This document shows, piece by piece, positions 59,625 through 64,000 of a DNA stretch of 64,000 bases. This DNA comes from Albugo candida (Eukaryota). The position numbers and the translations under genes were made by a program. Numbering within the stretch: position 1 is the first letter of the stretch; every line of letters begins with the position of its first letter. The stretch is taken from the NCBI GenBank assembly GCA_040437565.1, contig JBDOQK010000004.1:186001-250000 (forward strand). Direction: 5' to 3'. Below the pieces are notes generated by a model. The model saw nothing but the letters and a program-made list of their open reading frames with translations. It was not told where the DNA came from and made no database searches.

Positions 59625-61648
59625 TTATAAGTCTAGAAAGCTTGGCTTCGTAATTGCTATGCCATATGCGTGGTCCAGATTCGATACTAGTACACTACTT
59701 TGCTGATGGTAGCCATATGCTGCATTTTGAGCTCTAATTCGGCTGCCCAGGCACCATAATCAGCTAGAATTGATTTTGAACGGAGTAGTAATGGATCCTA
59801 TTATGCAAGCACATGATGAGATATGGATGGACAAAGTCAAGAATAATGAAAGTATCACCGATGTCTTCTTCAGTTCGGCATTCATTTCGGGTCGTATGTC
59901 TTCATAATAAGCTTTTATATCAAGTGTGACCGGTTCATCTGCGTTGGAGTCGGATGTCTCTGTCTTTTGATCATCTCCTACTTCCTCCAACGAGTTGATC
60001 GTACAGTCGTGCAGCTTTCCTTCTGCTATTTCAAGAGTGAGGGATCCATTATCCAGCGATACATGTGAGGTGCTTTGTATGGGTTTTTTTGGCTGTGTGT
60101 TGCTTCTTGCTTTTGAACAAAAGACTTCCGACGTCATTCCCTCTTTTTTATGCTTGGTGGCAGTTTTCGTTTTTGAGCGGTGAAAGGGTAGATTTTTCGT
60201 AGTTCCCACTTCCTTTGGTGGGAATAGAGCTGGCGTGGTCTTTTGTTGATTTTGTACAAATCTTCTACTTGATGCATGTAATCGTTCCCAAACTGGTATT
60301 CTGGTATCATTTTTCTGTTGCATTGGAGCGGAAATAGTTTTTGGGTGAGCAATGCTTTTGTTTGGCTCATTTCGTTCTCTTTTTTGCCTCTGTATGAGAG
60401 GAGATTTTTGCTTACACAAGCGCTAAATTATGAAACAATCATGTGTCAAAGCTTCTCCGATCCAACAAAGAGAAATCTGATAGCAACACACCTCATATAC
60501 AGACTTTGATATAGCGCCATTCGTCCGTGTTTGTGATGATTTAGTGAGCTCTGGCTACAGGTAGGTCATTAGTTAGCTATTTCTGCTGAGAGAGGATACT
60601 CACGACATACCTTAATAGACGGGCTCTGCTCTTGATTAGCGGTTTGACGTTTCTGAAGACTAACAGATCCCTTCTTGCTGTGTGGGTTGTATGTCTGCGG
60701 CCTGATTATATTCGATTTCAGGCTTTCATTCGCAAAATTTTGCTTGATACATGACTTCTGCTTTAGTAGTTCTGACGGGACGATTTCCTTCGCAGCTTTG
60801 CTTTTGAAAGATGTCGGATACGATGCTTTTGAGACAACCTTCTTTTCTTTCTCCAAATAGTCTTGACGTAGCTTTTGCAAACGAGTTACTTTTTGTGCAT
60901 TGTTTTGATAAAGGCGATCAAACACACTCGACTTATTTTCCTTCTTCTTTTTTGGCTGCTCGCAATGACTGATATGAGTAGTAGTGCATTCATTCAAGGC
61001 TTCATCGACTTTTGATGCAGACAAATTTGATCGGTTGTTTTTGCTTGCTCGAGGTGTATAATTGGTAGCTTTAGGTCGCGCATCACTTTTGCTCTGTGTG
61101 ATCGCCAAATTGTAAGGAGAAACTTTTCTAATTGTTGGAATTTTTGATCCAGCTGGCGGCTGTAGCATTGTCATAGTCTTTCTCACATTCGTTTGTTGTG
61201 CACTGAGCAAGGGTTTTGCTGGTGCTGGAATAGATCGTGAAGATTTCGCTTTCGGTGCTTTCGATGAATTCATCGCTGGATTTACCGTCCTGTCCGCTAT
61301 AGGCATATTTTCTTTGCTCAAAAATTCCGAAAGAAGTGATTGTTCACCTACGACATCCAATTTGCTCCTTTCTTGGCTAGATCGTATTCCTCTATTTCGT
61401 TTATCGCCACCACATATTTGCTTTTTTATCATTGGTTCAAATGCACCAGGAATTTGTGTACGCGATTGAAATTGGGATTTGACTGTGGTTGTTGGCGATG
61501 ATAAAACGGAACTCCTGGAGCGTAAAGTCTGCATTCGGTCGCTCACGATGTGTTTGTGAGATGTTAGCCTTTGAATTTGCCTCAAATCATGTTCACGAAT
61601 GATTTGCGATTGTTTTCTTGACGATTGGACGACTCGAAGATCCTTCAT
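59625..61648 (-). CDS. Low-complexity basic hypothetical protein with three [SP]V[FYW][DE]RL motifs (4 or more exons)
   Basis: ORFs 60569-61648 and 59760-60419 join via GT-AG introns and a small exon: SVFDRLY, SVYE/RLC, PVWERLH; last exon DPLLLRSKSILADYGAW...FLDL*. Confidence 0.7.
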
Positions 61649-62151
61649 CGTTTCACTGCACGATCAGAACTACAAGGCGAAGGCATTTATACAATGGTCA
61701 GAGGGAACTGACTCGATCAAAACTTACACCATGTCACAGAGAGCTCATCCCGAACGCGCTTTTTCTGTAACAGACACCTAGAGAATTGTAGGGTAAAAAA
61801 CATCTTTTTCCGACCATACTTGTATCATAGAAGTGGCGCCTGCCCTTTCCCACAGATATATTCTACGATGTGAGATGCCTACAATTCATTCTACATCCTA
61901 GCATTATCACAGAATGCAGAATCAAATTACAGAAAAACAAAGGGCACCCTGCTTGACGACATCACAAGGATCTTCCTTACTAGTCGGTTTACAGTATAAT
62001 GACTAACGCGACACCAACAATATTAAAATCCCTAGCGTCACTATTCGTGTGTTGAAAGAAAATCACCATTTGTAGTTTCTATAGATAATGACGTTTCAAG
62101 TATATAAAATCTCTTTAACAGCTACAATACCACTCTGGTACCGTATGGTAA

Positions 62152-62233
62152 TGTCAGCGGTGGGATTTGAACCCACGAGTGCGAACACAGTAGAACTTGA
62201 GTCTACCCCCTTAGACCGCTCGGGCACACTGAC
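62152..62233 (-). tRNA. tRNA-Leu(CAA)
   Basis: GTCAGTGTGCCCGAGCGGTCTAAGGGGGTAGACTCAAGTTCTAC...GTGGGTTCAAATCCCACCGCTGACA: acceptor stem, anticodon stem GTAGA/TCTAC with CAA, long variable arm, TTCAAAT T-loop. Confidence 0.95.
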
Positions 62234-62389
62234 TGGTGCTCCATGGTTTGGTGCAGTCTCATAAGTTGTTTATAAAAACGGATGAAGTGATTATCTTGCC
62301 ACGTAATCTGTCCGGTGTTGATCTTCTCTTTTTGCCAGCTGCTGCATACCTGCCCAGCAGAATACAACAAACTTTCTACCCTGTCGAAG

Positions 62390-64000
62390 ATAATGGTTTC
62401 TCTCGACATCTCAAGCCTTCCTACCGTACTTCACCGGATGCTGACCACCCGTATCCTAACAACTTGTCCGTTACATCACCGGATGTGGGTAACTTGTCTC
62501 CTCGTAACTCGTCCATAGCGACCCGTTACCTGTAAAGGATGCGCCCACGTCCTCACCTAGCCCGTCCAACCCTTTACCGGCTGACGTGGTAATTGGCCAA
62601 TCAGAGGCCGATATGGAGATTGAGACACCTCTCTCTCCCATTCCGATTCCTGCCAATCAGCCGGTCGCAATGGATTGTCAAGGATTTCATTACACTGTTT
62701 ATCTGGTTTTTTAACTACCTTCCTTATCCTATCATGAGTCCTTGACCGTGTGAATATCACTTAAGTCTGACTTCAAACCTAGGGAGGCAGATATTTTCCA
62801 AGCTTANNNNNNNNNNNNNNNNNNNNNNNNNNNNNNNNNNNNNNNNNNNNNNNNNNNNNNNNNNNNNNNNNNNNNNNNNNNNNNNNNNNNNNNNNNNNNN
62901 NNNNNNTAACTACCTTCCTTATCCTATCATGAGTCCTTGACCGTGTGAATATCACTTAAGTCTGACTTCAAACCTAGGGAGGCAGATATTTTCCAAGCTT
63001 ATTGCTTGGGTGGGCTCAAACCGCTGCCCAAACTGCCGGGAATCGAACCAACGACCTCCGGCAGGGGGTCTGTGCGCTCAAGTACTTAACCGACTGAGCT
63101 GGGTACGGCACCCCAGCCGGTCGCAATGGAGGTGGATGACGCGTTGCCGTTAGCACCTCGGAGATCGGTTGAGCAAGGGAAGAAAACCGGTAATCGGCCA
63201 AGTCTCGCTGATATCCTGAAGGGTCACGAGAAAATCCGCAAGGATAAAGCGGCTTAAGAAGCAACCTGGAAGGTTGAAATGCCCAAGCCTTTAGCGTCGG
63301 ATCTACGCGCAATTGAAAAGCTGTTCGAAGAGGGCCGTCCAAGTTGGGAGGTTTTGTCTGCTCACTTGATTGCAGCCAAACGTTTCGTATTACCGAGCGC
63401 CAAATTGTCGGTTGTATTGGAGACTGGACAAGCGCTGGTTCGAACCCCACCAGCGCACATTTTGCAATCTTTTGTTCGAGATCATGATAATGTGATATTC
63501 GACGAGCTCTTTAAAGCTGGACAAATTGGCCAATTGGCAAAATTACCTTGTGGTAATTTGAGACTACTTGTTACCGAAGAGGAAGTCTGCCAGAGATTGG
63601 CCAATGAAAATGTAAAGATTCTCGGTAGCAGCTACTCCTTCCAAGAATTTGATATTCTCGGTTCCTGATTTTTTTGGATATTTTCGGAATTGTACCGGAA
63701 ATGTCCACTCAAAAACTTGCGTCGGCATTGCATCGTCTTGGTTGCGATGTTCAGTATGAGAATTTTCGCGAAGCAGTGGCTTCCAGAAGACTTTCCATGT
63801 CGACTTGGAGAGTGTACTCTTTTTTCTTGTTTCTTGCGGCACAAGCTGTCCTTAGCAGCTCAATGTTGGCGGCAAAGTGTGTGAGCGAATATGTATCGAG
63901 GGGAGATACTACTTGGCTCGAGGAAAAGCTTCTCCACTCCCGGTCGATCGGTTGAGGATGGGTCAGCGCAGTCCGCACTGCTTACTGCTGCCGGTGAACA
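62390..64000 (+). mobile_element. Degenerate non-LTR (L1-like) retrotransposon ORF1 region, running off the window
   Basis: Pro/Ser-rich N-terminal relic, then 63279-63668 and (after a stop) FFLDIFGI...LHRLGCDVQYENFRE...STWRVY, resembling oomycete LINE ORF1 from memory. ORF2 is not in the window. Confidence 0.5.

Noticed and set aside
5616-63001. Direct repeats at ~5616/5964, 9170/9763, 21062/21977, 31614/32216, 55091/55404 and 62712/62907
   Set aside because: Each pair looks identical and exactly abuts an N gap; scaffolding artefacts are more likely than biology.
62658-63130. 17-bp repeat cagccggtcgcaatgga as a target-site duplication
   Set aside because: Both copies read QPVAM in the putative ORF1 and a gap lies between them; cannot be distinguished from a protein repeat.

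Overview
Eukaryotic draft-assembly window with many 100-N gaps. It is most likely a compact oomycete genome of the Albugo type; this is inferred from 50-65 nt GT-AG introns, the gene content and CxxC(x5)G-like effector relics. Intact housekeeping genes: UBE2S-like and UBE2J1/Ubc6-like E2 enzymes, mitochondrial ribosomal protein S6, short/branched acyl-CoA dehydrogenase, mitochondrial FAD glycerol-3-phosphate dehydrogenase, a calponin-homology protein, two paralogous START-PDZ-START-TM proteins flanking a double TRP14-type thioredoxin, an Arb2/FAM172A-FYVE-AGC kinase fusion, a bHLH-ZIP factor, prolyl oligopeptidase and tRNA-Leu(CAA). Between them lie gene graveyards: about six copies of one coiled-coil family, effector-like relics and a GPD2 pseudogene. 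The most unusual elements are (1) a ~5.5 kb GC-rich patchwork of degenerate foreign-looking coding sequence in both orientations, with a long central inverted repeat (candidate endogenous viral element / hairpin-siRNA locus), (2) the Arb2-FYVE-kinase fusion, and (3) a LINE-like ORF1 placed head-to-head just upstream of the tRNA gene. Most direct repeats flanking N gaps are probably assembly artefacts.
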